A stretch of 64,000 nucleotides of DNA from Macrostomum hystrix (GCA_950097015.1 CATNEN010000011.1:5084001-5148000), one strand, 5' to 3'; counted from the stretch's first letter, positions 1 to 12,559 are shown. Made by a program: numbers and translations. The notes: a model not told the origin generated them from the sequence alone.

Positions 1-124
1 GGATGTTTGAGTAGGGATAAAAAGCATTAGGAATTGGCAAATCTAATAGCAAGCGGAGGAACGTGGTGGGAAACAGATTGAATTGCTAATGAGAAGTTGA
101 TCAAGAAATCGCAGCGGAAGATTT

Positions 125-800
125 TAGAGGGTATGAAGTAGATTGAAGAGGCTGAGAGGTACGTTGAAGACGGTGAGTGGTAGGTTGAACAGGATGAGAA
201 GTAGGTTGAAGGGGGTGAGATGTAGATTCGAAGAGGGTGAGAAGAAGGTTGAAGAGGGTGAGAAGTAGGTTGAATAGGGTGAGAAGTAGGTTGAAGGGGG
301 TGAGATGTAGATTCGAAGAGGGTGAGAAGAAGGTTGAAGAGGGTGAGAAGTAGGTTGAATAGGGTGAGAAGAAGGTTGAAGAGGCTGAGAGGTACGTTGA
401 AGACGGTGAGTGGTAGGTTGATCAGGATGAGAAGTAGGTTGAAGGGGGTGAGATGTAGATTCGAAGAGGGTGAGAAGTAGGTTGAAGGGGGTGAGATGTA
501 GATTCGAAGATGGTGAGAAGAAGGTTGAAGGGGCTCAGAAGAAGGTTGAAGAGGGTGAGAAGTAGGTTGAATAGGGTGAGAAGAAGGTTGAAGAGGCTGA
601 GAGGTACGTTGAAGACGGTGAGTGATATGTTGAACTGGATGAGAAGTAGGTTGAAGGGTGTGAGATGTAAATTCGAATAGGGTGAGAAGAAGGTTGAAGA
701 GGCTCAGAAAAAGGTTGAAGAGGGTGAGAAGTAGGTTGAATAGGGTGAGAAGAAGGTTGAAGAGGCTGAGAGTTAGGTTAAAGAGGGTGAGAGGTGGATG
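125..800. repeat. Degenerate purine-rich tandem repeat (~21-bp units such as GAAGAGGGTGAGAAGTAGGTT)
   Basis: Repeated GAAGAGGGTGAGAAG(T/A)AGGTT units with higher-order blocks visible directly; edges approximate. Confidence 0.85.
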
Positions 801-983
801 TGAGAACTCAGGTACCAGACGTGTGAGAGCTAGATTAATCGATGGTATGAGGAGGTAGATTGGTAAAGCGAGAAGTAGGCTATATGAGAGTTAAGACGCA
901 GATATAAGATAGGATGCGAGGTGGGGAATATTCGGAGAAGCAAGTTACTCCCCCTGCAACCCAACCGGACGACTAACGCGCAG

Positions 984-1136
984 TGCGACTTCAACGACAC
1001 CGGCTCCACCATGGACTTTGAGCTGGCCGGCAAGAAGGCCTGCGTGAAGATCCAACCGGGCAGTCGGGGCACGAAGTACCGACTGACCTTGGACGGCGTC
1101 AAGGTGCCCAAGTCCAAGTACTCGGGCCACGACTGA
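984..1136 (+). CDS. Probable last exon of a FAIM (Fas apoptotic inhibitory molecule)-like gene; upstream exons lie outside the window
   Basis: Acceptor GACTAACGCGCAG| at 983. The exon reads CDFNDTGSTMDFELAGKKACVKIQPGSRGTKYRLTLDGVKVPKSKYSGHD*, which resembles the FAIM C-terminus as I recall it (GEFVDDGTETHFSIG...HTLIVDNREIP). Judged by eye only. Confidence 0.55.
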   Translation, partial: CDFNDTGSTMDFELAGKKACVKIQPGSRGTKYRLTLDGVKVPKSKYSGHD

Positions 1137-2439
1137 GTCCGATTTAACGAAATCGATACATATCGACTATCGACAGTTTAAACTGACTGACAATAGCGCG
1201 TGTAACAAAATTCAGTAATCTGTCATTTTCGGCGCAAAAACTTACAAAGTTTTCCTTTCTGTTTCATTACCAACATAATGTATAGGCTTTGGCTTTTTAT
1301 TCAAGAGCGATAATCTTGTCTAGAGGTTTTCCGAATCTTTAACTGTTTAAAGGGAGATTTTCAAAGCAATGTTTCTAGGAAATAAATCTTCTTTTTCTGA
1401 TTTGCAGTATATAGGTTCTTTGAAATATCTGGGTGACATTATGCCCATACTCTTTTTCAATTGAAACGCAACTAAAAATTGATACTATAAAAAATTGTAT
1501 TTGCCTGTGAAGACGTGGTACATTTACATGTGTATTCAAATTTCTATCAGGCTATTGCAGACTTGAAACAAAAACAGCTTTTGTTTAATTTTAATTTTCT
1601 GTTCTCTTCTCGTTTGTGCTTTTCGATGTGTGCCAGAATGTTTCTTAATGTTTTGAAACAATATATATTTGTTATGGCAAACAAATTCTATCCTTTTTGA
1701 GAGAAAACTCTAATTAATATACGAACTACGAGTATACTACTTTACTAGTAAATTTCGTTTACTTCCACTCGTACTTTTACTATTTTAAATGGTTGTAAGT
1801 ACATATGTGTACAATTTAACAAAAAATTTCCTGATTTATGACATTTTTATGACAATTTTTTGTCATAAAAAGTTAGCAATATTAAAACTTACATAATTAA
1901 AAGTAACAGTTAGTTATACTACTAGTACTAGCATTGGCTAAGTGATGTCCCGTGACATTTCCCTCGTCCCTTCCCTTCCCGATGACTCACCTTTTGTGAC
2001 CTTTACATGTCAAAACCTCTGCCGCGATTATAATCAAACCTTTCTTCTCTTTTGCCTGTCCAGCCCTCCCACCTCTCCTCTCTTTATCAATACGCACATC
2101 GGCATAAATTATTTTTTTTTTCGATTGCGCACCCACCCCCCTCCCTCCCTTTGTTCCCTAGGTAAATAAGTCATTTTCTTTACCAGTCGCGCACTCACCC
2201 CACTCCCATCCCGACCAATCACCGACCGGCTGGCGAAGCATGTGATATGGCTGTCCAGCAAACAGGTCAAGGTCGAGCTAAATCACGCGATCACGGCTCG
2301 GCTCTATATAGCGAGTGGTGTCGTGCGCCGTTTCGAGTAGACCTTTCCGACGTGACCGCGATCTGACCTTTGTTCGGGACCTTATTGTTCCTTTCCACCG
2401 TTAGGACCCCTGATCGGGACCCCTGGTCTTTTCTCCTTG

Positions 2440-2590
2440 GTCACTGGGATCTTGGCCACTGCAGTCACACCCCAAAGCTACCAAGTGCATCAGTGGTGGG
2501 GTAGTTACTGAGGGATGAGGCCCGGTTCTCTCATTGCCATCACTCAGGAGCTGCGACAGTGTGCACTGTATTACCGCGTGCACTGCTGCG
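2440..2590 (+). ncRNA. Candidate structured element, copy C (most diverged of three)
   Basis: Shares ordered motifs with 16.7 kb and 50.2 kb: TGCAGTCACA (2460), CCAAGTGCATCAGTG (2481), a long hairpin carrying GATGAG (2514), CTCAGGAG (2543), GCGACAGTGTGCA (2553). Confidence 0.3.
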
Positions 2591-5500
2591 GTGAATCTAA
2601 TATTGCGATATAGATCAGACTTAATTAATGATGTTTTCCTGAGAAGTTCCCAAAAAATGTAAATTTTTAGTTGCTATAGCATTACAACTACAAACTGTTT
2701 GTACTATTACTAACGACCATTTTTTTCTTAAGTGAATCAGCATCATTTCTGTCTATGCAGCCAATGCATAAAACATTACTGACACGAATTAATTATTACT
2801 GATTACTGACATCACTGATATTGTACGTCGTCGAGTGTTGGCAGTGGCTTAAGTGTGTGTCTGCGTGCGTGAATTGATCAGTCCATTGTTAATAAGAATC
2901 AAAGCCACGGCAGTGTTAATGCGGTAAAAAAGAAGGTAGATGGCTACTTCATTCATGGGCTTCAGTTGATGTAGTTGTACCCGATTGAGTTGGGAATTTA
3001 ACAAATAGGATTATGCTTAATATCATAAAAATGTGACCATACGAGCTACACATCCACAATGCAACCAAGCCAGATGAGTTCAAATTAATTACGTGGACTC
3101 ATGATTCCCACCAATCAGAAATATGCTCCTATCCTCACATGCTGAGAGCCCCTAATCAACACAGTTTTTACGTGCTCAGTTTAGCCAATTTAAAAGGTAA
3201 AGTAATGATTGCATTAATTATTAACAACCAGTGCTTGCGCGCAAAATTTAGCTAATAATGCGCTCTGCATTAAATTGCTATGCGAAATATGATTGAAATT
3301 ATCAGAAATCTAACCCCACTGTTATTTACCCTCGGAATGATTGATTGTACACGTCAATATAAGTAATGAAGCTATATTGATCCGTTTCATTTTAACGATA
3401 GCTGCAATTAAATTTCTGCACGAAAATTAGGACGAATGTATCATATTTTTCTTATTGACCCAAGTAAAAGCCATTCTTATAAAGGAGGATACTTCAGTAT
3501 CTTAGTACATTGTTGCTCGGCTCTAGCTGCTTTTATTGAATCGTGTCGAGTCCAGTTATTTCGGCACGAATGTGGAATTTAGATGAAATACGCAAATTCA
3601 GTATGCATGGGATTTAAGATATGCAATGAGCCAACAAATTCCAGACTACATTTTTTCGCTGATAAAAAGTATACTTTGAAACTGCGCGCTGGATGTACTA
3701 CTTAAAGTAGTTAAAGTTACGTTAGATCGAGAAAATTAAAACCCAAAGAAACATTTTCTCTTCACTTGCGGTAACAGCATGCGGTAACACATTAAGCACA
3801 TGTCTCGAACAGTAAATACGCCACTCGCACATGCGATTACCGCATGTTGATTACCATTATTTATTGATTAGCAAATGGTGCAGATCGCATGTTAAACCAA
3901 ATGGTTTGGTTAAATAATTTACTTATAGGCAATAGAAATCATCATTATGCTAAGTTTTATATATACTACTTAAAAAGCTCGAAAGGACTACTGAATATTC
4001 ATGTTTATTTACTTGGCTGTCCCTGAACTTCACTACTATACTTCTGTCGAGTAGGGAAAACTCAGATTGTTTCATGATATATTTGTAGCAGATTCGAAAG
4101 TCAAAACTTATGAACTCGATAACTCGTGTACCTTTGATTGCATAATGCATTGGAAAGATCGTTTAGTAATTAAAATCGAATGCCTTAAATAAAAAATTTT
4201 ACTAGAAGCAAAAATGAATGTTTTTTTTCACAGGCTGTGATACATATACACGCTGAATTCATTTGTTTTACAGCGTAGTTTTTCTGTTTAAACTGACGAC
4301 GGCTATAACATATTGATTTAAATGATGCAATAATATTTTAGTATGAGACTTGATTCAACAATAGTTCGGCCTAGTATAGTATTTGACAATAACTGATAAT
4401 GAAAAAAATCGTCAAAGGGAAAAGTAAAAAAATAGCTACTGATCTATGTAGTTTTTGCAGCCTTTTTAGTATATTAATGCTACTTAGTTAAGCGTAGGCC
4501 TTGGCTTGAGCAAATATTTTTTATCATTGTCGATAATCTCACCTTTTCTGTAATATGTTGGGCTGGCCCAAAAATGTTTTATTTTATTGTTTCATTGTTT
4601 TTATGCCTATTCAGATTTCTATTCTAGGCGTCTCTCAAACAAATGACTAGGCCTATAAAATTCGGCTTATATTTGTTAAATGACTAGGCCTAACTTAAAA
4701 AAAGTTAATTTAGAATCATTCCTTGATTTGATTGGTGTGATCAGTTTAAAATAGAAGAGTTTTATTGTTTTTTTTAAATTAGGTTGCCTACCAAAGTAAG
4801 TCATCGTCTCCAAAGCCATAGCATAAGCATCATTGTCATCAAATAAACCTGCCAAAAAACTTGTCTTGGTGCCATTGTCTGAGATTCCTGAGAACTCAGT
4901 CTGACAAGTTAACTTCTATTTAGGGGCTCCAGTGAGAAATTAAAAATAAAAAATTCCATATTTTTGGTTTTCTTGTGTTACAGATCTTGTATGTCTGAGT
5001 TAAAAGACACCTCACTCATCAAAATTGGTCAAGTAATAAAAAAGTTATAACAATTTTTGATCAACATTTTAGTTGTTTTTGTAATGTATTTTTCCCAGAA
5101 GGGGCTGTGATCCAGATGACCGGATAGATTTGACTTAGAAAAACAAAAAAATTGCAATACCTTTTTTGTTTTTAATGAATTTAAATAATTCTAAAAGTAT
5201 TTAGTTCATTTTTTTGTTATCAATCTACACTATGGAATATGTAAGATAAGTTCTTATATTAACACTCAGTATTAAAGTATCAAATTTTGATTTTACATTG
5301 AATATGATTGCTATGCTGACAAGACGTGTTTATTTGTTTACAATATAAAACTATTTTGGCTTTAAAGATGTGGCAAAGCCATACCTATTCCATAGTTAAC
5401 AAATAGATGTCACAGAGACATCAATTTAATTTACTATTTACAGTCAATTGCAAAAGCCATCTGAAATGTGTAAAGGGGGTACATTAGAGAAACATGTTTT

Positions 5501-5903
5501 TGGGGGATTCCACTAAAGGAAAATAAAAAGGCTTGAGTATTCTATGTAAAATTATAATGGGATACACTTGGAAAACACTATTTAAACAATGATTAAAAAA
5601 AGAAAAAGAAAATTTCAACCAAAAAATTCACGAAGTAAAAAAACTGTCTTTTACTAAAAAAGAATTGTTTATATAGATTTTTATATCCTCTTTCTTAATT
5701 TTTTATTTTTTTATTTTTGTATCAATTCATTAGTAAAATTTTAAGTTCTATGTGTCGTAAGGTAGGGTAATGTATCATCAACTGAACTGTGTATCTTCAA
5801 AACTGAACAAGAATGTTGACTCCTTCCTTGGTCTCATATAAGACAGAAACAAGCTATTGTTTTTCACAGAACAACTAATTTAAAAGGCAAAGAAATTAGG
5901 CAG

Positions 5904-6337
5904 TTGTTATTTGTCCGGTTAACTGGACAAATAGCCGTTTGATTATTTGTCCGGTTAACCGAGGTTGTAGGGGTTGTATAGCGCTACCTCGAGAACCTCT
6001 ATCATTTGTAAGATAAAATAATTAACAAGCTGCAAAAGGACAGTCATTCAGATTTGAAGTTTGTGTCTCAAATTATTTTCGTTTATCAACTAATTTAAAA
6101 AATTAAAACCTTTTCCAGAAATTCGGTTGTTTCAGGGACTAACTTAGTTCAAGGGTATAGTTTGGTCTTTGTGAGGTCAAAGACTCAAGATGGCTATTAG
6201 CAGGGCAAGAGTGGTTTTTTGGGAGGATCGTTGCTCCTGCTCATTGAAAGGGGAGAAATTAAGTCCTTGGGTGGTTAACCGGTTAACCGGACAAATAATC
6301 GAATGGCTATTTGTCCGGTTAACCGGACAAATAACAA
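5904..6337. mobile_element. Foldback/MITE-like element with ~57-bp inverted ends built from internal palindromes
   Basis: 5904-5959 is the near-perfect reverse complement of 6280-6337, and each arm contains TATTTGTCCGGTTAAC(C/T)GGACAAATA. No TSD seen. Confidence 0.6.
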
Positions 6338-7250
6338 ATACTAAGAAATTATCTAGAAGCTGAGGCATGATATGCAATCAAGCATTAAGAGGAAGGAAAG
6401 ATATGGACATTTCAGTAGAATTTTTTATTGCAAAAAAGCATACTTTTTAACAACATTTTATCAGCATGTACTTTAGACTAAGATTGTATGTGGTTGTTTT
6501 CCAATTAAATGACCATAAATGTAGTTATTTATAGAGCATGGAAAATGCTTTCAAATGGCATAATTCATGATAGTTCACTCCTTAAAATAAGATTAAACCA
6601 CTCACTCAAATTGTGAAACTGAATATCAAATTCTCCATTCAGTTTGAAGATACATGAAAATCATTGTTCGGTTATAGTTGAAAAACACGAATAACTTTTT
6701 TCCTATTTGACAAAATAGCAAAAGCAGATACTTTTAGAAAGTTATAAATGTGTTCTATAACTTGGCTTTTGATTTATCATCATCAATCAAAATAGAAAAT
6801 TTGTGTTTTTGTTTTTGCACTAATTGTAGTGTATAAACACTTGTTGTAAAGTTAATTTTATCTTCTTTTTATTGATAGTAGGCTTTATTTTCTTAACATA
6901 AAATTTAGGTTCTTTTTTTCATCAGAACATAGCATTTTTAAATCTTTTTAAAATTTTGAAGTTTCAAGTTCCAAAATACCCTTAGCTCAGATTAAGTAGA
7001 TCTAACTTAGTTTAATTTGAATAAATAGGTTTATAAAGTTGGTTTTACTTAGTTTTGCAATACAATCATAGGCTCTGCCACTCTAGGCCTAGCTAATTTC
7101 TAAATTATTTATAATTCTTAGTTCCTTATTCATAGGACATATAGACCCAAGTAAAAAGTTAACAAAATTGACTTATTTTTCCTTTTATAAGTTTGCTGCA
7201 TAGTCTGAATAGTTTAATTCCTGCTGAAATTTTCTAGGCCTAGTGTGCAT

Positions 7251-7753
7251 CCATAGTCCAGATCATGTAGTGCACGCTGGAAATTCCAGCATGCATTTGT
7301 TTTTTAGCTGGCATGTATGGCGTGCATTGGTATATATATTAAGGGTTGGCATACACTTTGGCATGCAATGCATGCATGGCGATGGTATTGCATGCAATCA
7401 TAGATTGCATTTAAAAAGAGATCAAATATGTGTTTTATGTATCCGTATGTACAATTATGATCACACAATTATGACTAAAACAAAATGTTCTGTTATCTGT
7501 GAAAACATTTTTAAGTTTTGTAAATTGGACTGTAAATACTATAAATAAATAAATTGTTCTGTTTGATATTGTTTTTGCATTAAATACAAAAATGTCTTTT
7601 TAAAGCAAAAAATGTGTTAACATGTCTTTTTTATACAAATTATATGATGTACCACATTGTCGTGCACTGGCATGCAATTTGCAAAAAAACTCAGCATCCT
7701 TGGCATGCAAATAATTTTTTTCCGGCATGCAGCCAACATGATCTGGACTATGG
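7251..7753. mobile_element. MITE (non-autonomous DNA transposon), copy 1
   Basis: Perfect 18-bp TIR CCATAGTCCAGATCATGT / ACATGATCTGGACTATGG; 8-bp TSD GTGTGCAT at 7243-7250 and 7754-7761; interior rich in TGCATGCA. Confidence 0.9.
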
Positions 7754-8069
7754 GTGTGCATTTTCTTTGGACTAAATTGCAGTGTGCAGTATTTAGAAAG
7801 GGTCTACAAAGTTTGCTTGCAAGATATCACTTATTGACACTTATACATGTATCAAACAAAGCTGGCCTAATTAATGACATAGCAGACAAGTAACACTAGT
7901 TTGCTCTGGTATATTCTAAATTACCATAAGTATTTGCAAATGTGTACTATAAGAATTCCAGTGTATACTAGAATTTTCTTACCAAACTGCCACCCTCCTT
8001 GACTTCCTGGAAATTTGCTATATATAGTTTATTGATAAGACAATAAATAGTAACAGGGTGCCACAAGTA

Positions 8070-8463
8070 CAATAGTCCAGATCATTTAGTGCATGCATTC
8101 TAATTTTCTGGATTTCAGAATTTTCTGGCGTGCATTAGAAAAGTTGGGGTGCACTAGCATGCAAAAGCAATTGCATGGCATTGGCCGGCATGCAGGAGGG
8201 TTGGCAATGGTACACATAGCAATGCATGAGTCCACTATGCAGTGATACAGCATGTGTATATAATAAATGCGTAATGATGCGCAGATAATACAAAAATAGA
8301 CTTACAATCAGTTGAAAGAAATGTCTGTTGAATGCCTTAAGCAATGCATCATGGAATGTAATGTTTGAATAGATAAGCTTTTTCATGTATCTATTTTATG
8401 TCAATAGTCAAAGAGAAACTATGATTTTGTGTTGACATGCACCTAGCATGCTCTGGACTATGG
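8070..8463. mobile_element. MITE of the same family, copy 2 (more diverged)
   Basis: Ends CAATAGTCCAGATCAT / ATGCTCTGGACTATGG; flanks CACAAGTA / TACAAGTA (7/8 TSD match); ATGCA-rich interior. Confidence 0.8.
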
Positions 8464-8676
8464 TACAAGTATTTGCTTAAGCTTGTAAATGAATTAAGAT
8501 CTATTGGTTTTGTTCACTTGTTTTGTGTCTATTATCAATATTTAAACAAATATTTTGCAGATAAGTCTGATATGATGACATTTTGAGTAATTTTATATGT
8601 TTTAAGTCATGCTTATCAACCTGTAAAAATGAAAAAATCCCCTAATTGCATCAAACTTTTCTTTTCTTAATTCCAG

Positions 8677-9456
8677 AATTCTCATCAGTCAAAAATCTCA
8701 CGCCAAGCCAGTGGCAGTGGCCGGGCCAACCCAGTTAGCTATATTGACATCCCAGACGACAGCAGTGATGATGAAGATCATCAGCAGGGCTCAGTTTGCA
8801 CTATTGTCATCAGTGACGATGACAGCAGGGAAGAACAAGGAGACCTAGATACCATCAACATTGATCCAGGAGACAGTTCAGACAGTGATGACGTCATCAT
8901 TGTAGCAACCACATCCGCACCCCCGTGCAACCCGTTGGTCACTTCTAGGCGTCGCAAATGCAAATCAAATAAGCGCTTGTTGCCTAGGCAACAGCGGCGA
9001 ATCTTGCGTAACTGTACCATTTGCAACACAGATTATAGAGATTCTACAGCTAAGCATGAGTCTTCCATTGTGCATCAGCTGGCTCTCATTTCCACTAGCG
9101 ATACAGCAGAACCTGACGGAACTGTGACAGCGCCGCCGTCCCACACTCGGCGCAGGCAGTTGGAAGATGTTGAGTTCAACGGTCCCTATCTGAGTCCCGC
9201 CTATCGCATGATGCTCAAACAAGGTTGGACACCTGGCAGTGGTCTTGGCCGCAACAGCCAGGGTCTAGCCAAGCCTCTAGCAACCGTTGTCAAGCGCGAT
9301 CGACGCGGACTCGGCATGGCGCCGCCGCCATCATCGGACAAGAGAAAATCCGTTAAGCCAGTCTCATCGGCAAAGTTGTCTTCTGATACTGCAAAAAATT
9401 TTGAACGCGATTTTCGACGATACATCAATGGACCCGACACTGCAAAGTGGCCTTAG
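8677..9456 (+). CDS. G-patch domain protein, GPANK1-like (acidic SIM-like region + C2H2-type finger + G-patch); terminal exon
   Basis: Open frame from the TTCCAG| acceptor at 8676 to the stop at 9456 (259 aa). Contains CTICNTDYRDSTAKHESSIVHQL, the G-patch AYRMMLKQGWTPGSGLGRNSQGLAKPLATVVKRDRRGLG and ERDFRRYIN, the motif order of the GPANK1 C-terminal half. Confidence 0.8.
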   Translation, partial: NSHQSKISRQASGSGRANPVSYIDIPDDSSDDEDHQQGSVCTIVISDDDSREEQGDLDTINIDPGDSSDSDDVIIVATTSAPPCNPLVTSRRRKCKSNKRLLPRQQRRILRNCTICNTDYRDSTAKHESSIVHQLALISTSDTAEPDGTVTAPPSHTRRRQLEDVEFNGPYLSPAYRMMLKQGWTPGSGLGRNSQGLAKPLATVVKRDRRGLGMAPPPSSDKRKSVKPVSSAKLSSDTAKNFERDFRRYINGPDTAKWP

Positions 9457-9552
9457 ATGGGCACTTGCTTCAATAAATATTTACTGACCCAATTAGCTGC
9501 CCTGCTTTTTTCAAATCAAATCATTCCCCTTGCAACTTTTTGCTTATTGCTC

Positions 9553-10130
9553 AGTGAGTGCTCCGATTCTGGGTCATTGAGTGCTCAGATTCTGGGTCAG
9601 TGAGTGCTCACATTCTGGGTCAGTGAGTGCTCAGATTCTAGGTCAGTGAGTGCTCACATTCTGGGTCAATGAGTGCTCAGATTCTAGGTCAGTGAGTGCT
9701 CACATTCTGGGTCAATGAGTGCTCAGATTCTGGGTCAGTGAGTGCTCACATTCTGGGTCAGTGAGTGCTCAGATTCTAGGTCAGTGAGTGCTCACATTCT
9801 GGGTCAGTGAGTGCTCAGATTCTGGGTCAGTGAGTGCTCACATTCTGGGTCAATGAGTGCTCAGATTCTGGGTCAGTGAGTGCTCACATTCTGGGTCAGT
9901 GAGTGCTCAGATTCTAGGTCAGTGAGTGCTCACATTCTGGGTCAATGAGTGCTCAGATTCTAGGTCAGTGAGTGCTCACATTCTGGGTCAGTGAGTGCTC
10001 AGATTCTAGGTCTAGTGAGTGCTCACATTTTGGGTCAGTGAGTGCTCACATTCTGGGTCAGTGAGTGCTCACATTCTGGGTCAGTGAGTGCTCACATTCT
10101 GGGTCAGTGAGTGCTCACATTCTGGGTCAG
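9553..10130. repeat. 23-bp minisatellite (TTCTGGGTCAGTGAGTGCTCACA), ~24 copies
   Basis: Direct tandem units just downstream of the G-patch stop; each unit contains the mini-palindrome TGAG-TG-CTCA. Confidence 0.95.
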
Positions 10131-11113
10131 AACAGCCATGCTTTGCGAAACAGCCATGTCCAGAGACGGCCATGGTGACTGCCCTGAGATATTCTGGGTC
10201 AGTGATGCTGAGGATGAATTTTTAACTGCCTCAGACTTTATATATAATACTTACGTCTTTCTTATTATAAAATATTCGACACCATATGACATAATATTCG
10301 ACATAATGTACCTTAAAAAAATCATTGCTTAAAAAATTGTCATTCATTGTCAAAAAGATTTCCGTTGAATTAGTAATATCATTGTGTATTTTTTTAATAT
10401 GCCAGTGTGTTGTCACTAGTTACCAAGCATTCAGCACCCACATATGTTATTAGATCTTGTGAGTAATAATAGATTCATATTTCACGTATTTTGGCAAAAT
10501 ACTTATAGTTTTTTTGCTGTCTAAATCCGTCACTCGCTACTTAATCGTGAGTACGCAAGTAGTACAGTCTGCTTGGTAAATATCATGCTCTGGCATTCGC
10601 GACTCTGAAATAAATTAATTTGTCTTTTGTTACTTCATATGATGCTAGAAGGATAAATATTTAACAAAAGCAAATACCTTAAGCGATTTCTTAGAGTCAT
10701 AATTTTTTCTAAGAATGTAAAAGAATTGTTGTTCGTTTCCTTTTAATTAGTCCTTAACAAGTAGAATTGCCACAGGGGGGTATTCTAAATACCCACATTT
10801 TTCTTTTCTGTATCCCACATTTACAATTAATTGCCGTGAAAATCTAAAACAAAGGATAAAACAACTTCCAGAATCTCAAAACATCGCCATCGTCGAGATA
10901 TTCAACGATTCGCGTCGGCGTGTCTGTTGGCAAAGAACACCAATATAAGCATAGCTTTTTACCTAATATGGATTCGCCATAGAAGTTTATACTTGTATAA
11001 AGCAATGTTGGTTATTCTTGTGACCAGTGTCTAGTTCATCTTAAAGGGCGGGAAATTCTTTTTGATTTGTTGGACTTCGTTATTTTCCTTAACGAATTCG
11101 GTCAAAAGTAACG

Positions 11114-12150
11114 CTAGTTTGGCTGTGCGGTTACTCCGCAGTCCACAATGACCAGCCGTTTAACGGGTGCGCCAGACGGTGAGCCGAGCTTTTCAACGCA
11201 TCGCAGCACGTCCCAGCCGGAGGCCAGCTCGCCGAAGATCACGTGACGCCCGTCAAGCCAAGGACAGGCGGCTAGGGTGACGAGGAACTGAGATCGGTTC
11301 GAATCCGGGCCTAGAGTTGATGGGAGACAGCTGTTTCTTTATCTCCTAAAGTTTCCACTCTATCCGATGAAACAAATTCCAGGATCAAAATCATTGCCAT
11401 CGTCGAGTTATTCAACGAGTCTAGTCGGAGTGCCTGGTGGCAAAACCAAAAATACGGGCATAATTTTTCCGCGGACAAAAAAGCATCACATATAGCCATG
11501 TCGGCTTTTTTACTGTTTTTATTGCCGAATATATAGTTAGTAATCCTTGTCACCAGGTTCTTGGACAGGAATCGCTGAATATCCCGACGGTGCTGACGTC
11601 AGACGGCTTTGAAAGTTATTTCATCGTAAAAATTGCGTGATTCTACTACTGATAATGGCAAATGGCTGTGTACAGCTGTCTAGTCCATGGACTAAGCGGG
11701 GGCCGCCACTCCAATCCCAAAAATGTCCACCCCCAGCTGTTGCTGGTTCTAGGGTTAAGAAATCGAGTCGAACTCCAGACTTCTTGGTCTAAAAATGTCT
11801 CAGCCACCCCGGAGACCCAGACCGGCATTGGCCATGCTGAGCAGTCCCGCTCTGTCGTGCCTCCCAGTCAGGTCCTCGTCTGGAAACTGGCCGCCGTAGA
11901 TGGACCAGCCTCCGGTGCCGTTCCCCGATTGAAAGTCGCCGGCCTGCAGTGCGAAGCCGGGTATGCAGCGGTGAATCCGGCTGCCCCTGTAGCCCCAGCC
12001 GTTCTCCGCGCCTGAGCACAGGCTCAGAAAGTTGCGACAAGTCATTGGCACTCTGTCAGTGTAGAGCCTGAATTCTAGGCGACCGAGTGGTACCGAGTCC
12101 GCTTCTAGGCGTAGGTAACACCAGTTTATTAACTGTTGTTGCTGCTGCAT
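11114..12150 (-). CDS. Cyclophilin-type peptidyl-prolyl cis-trans isomerase (single domain), 2 exons
   Basis: Exon 1 12150-11823 (MQQQQQLINWCY...IHRCIPGFALQAGDF...LSMANAG), phase-1 intron 11822-11311, exon 2 11310-11114 (PDSNRSQFLVTLAACPWLDGRHVIFG...IVDCGVTAQPN*). CypA-equivalent R55, F60, Q63, W121 and H126 are present; M61 is Ala. Confidence 0.93.
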
Positions 12151-12545
12151 TCCTGAAATTTTATTACAAAATTCCAATACTTAACTGGACTTTGACAAGC
12201 AATAACTGAAGCAGCCAATATTCGTTACAACAAAAATTACCTTTCTTACCTTGTTTGATTTATATTATAATCAGAACTTTTTCTGCAAAACTACTGCTTC
12301 CAGGAAATGTTATAGGAAGCGGGCGAAATTTCAAACTCTTTTGGTAAAGCTTTAGCTGTAAGAAAATTATATTATGCTCTGAAAGACTATATATACTGTA
12401 AACTGCATGGCTTAAGATTGATATGAGCAAGCAGGAGGGAAGATGGCTGTCAGTTTGGCAAACAAGGTCGCAGCTTCACATGAACCTGTACGCTCGTACG
12501 TCCCGATGAGGATAAGACTTTTGTCAGCGCCTAAGCGTGTACAGT

Positions 12546-12559
12546 GTTGCCGTAGCAAC
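12546..12559. promoter_or_regulatory. RFX X-box motif GTTGCCGTAGCAAC in the divergent cyclophilin/regucalcin promoter region
   Basis: Matches the X-box consensus GTNRCC-N(0-3)-RGYAAC and lies between two head-to-head genes. Confidence 0.5.
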
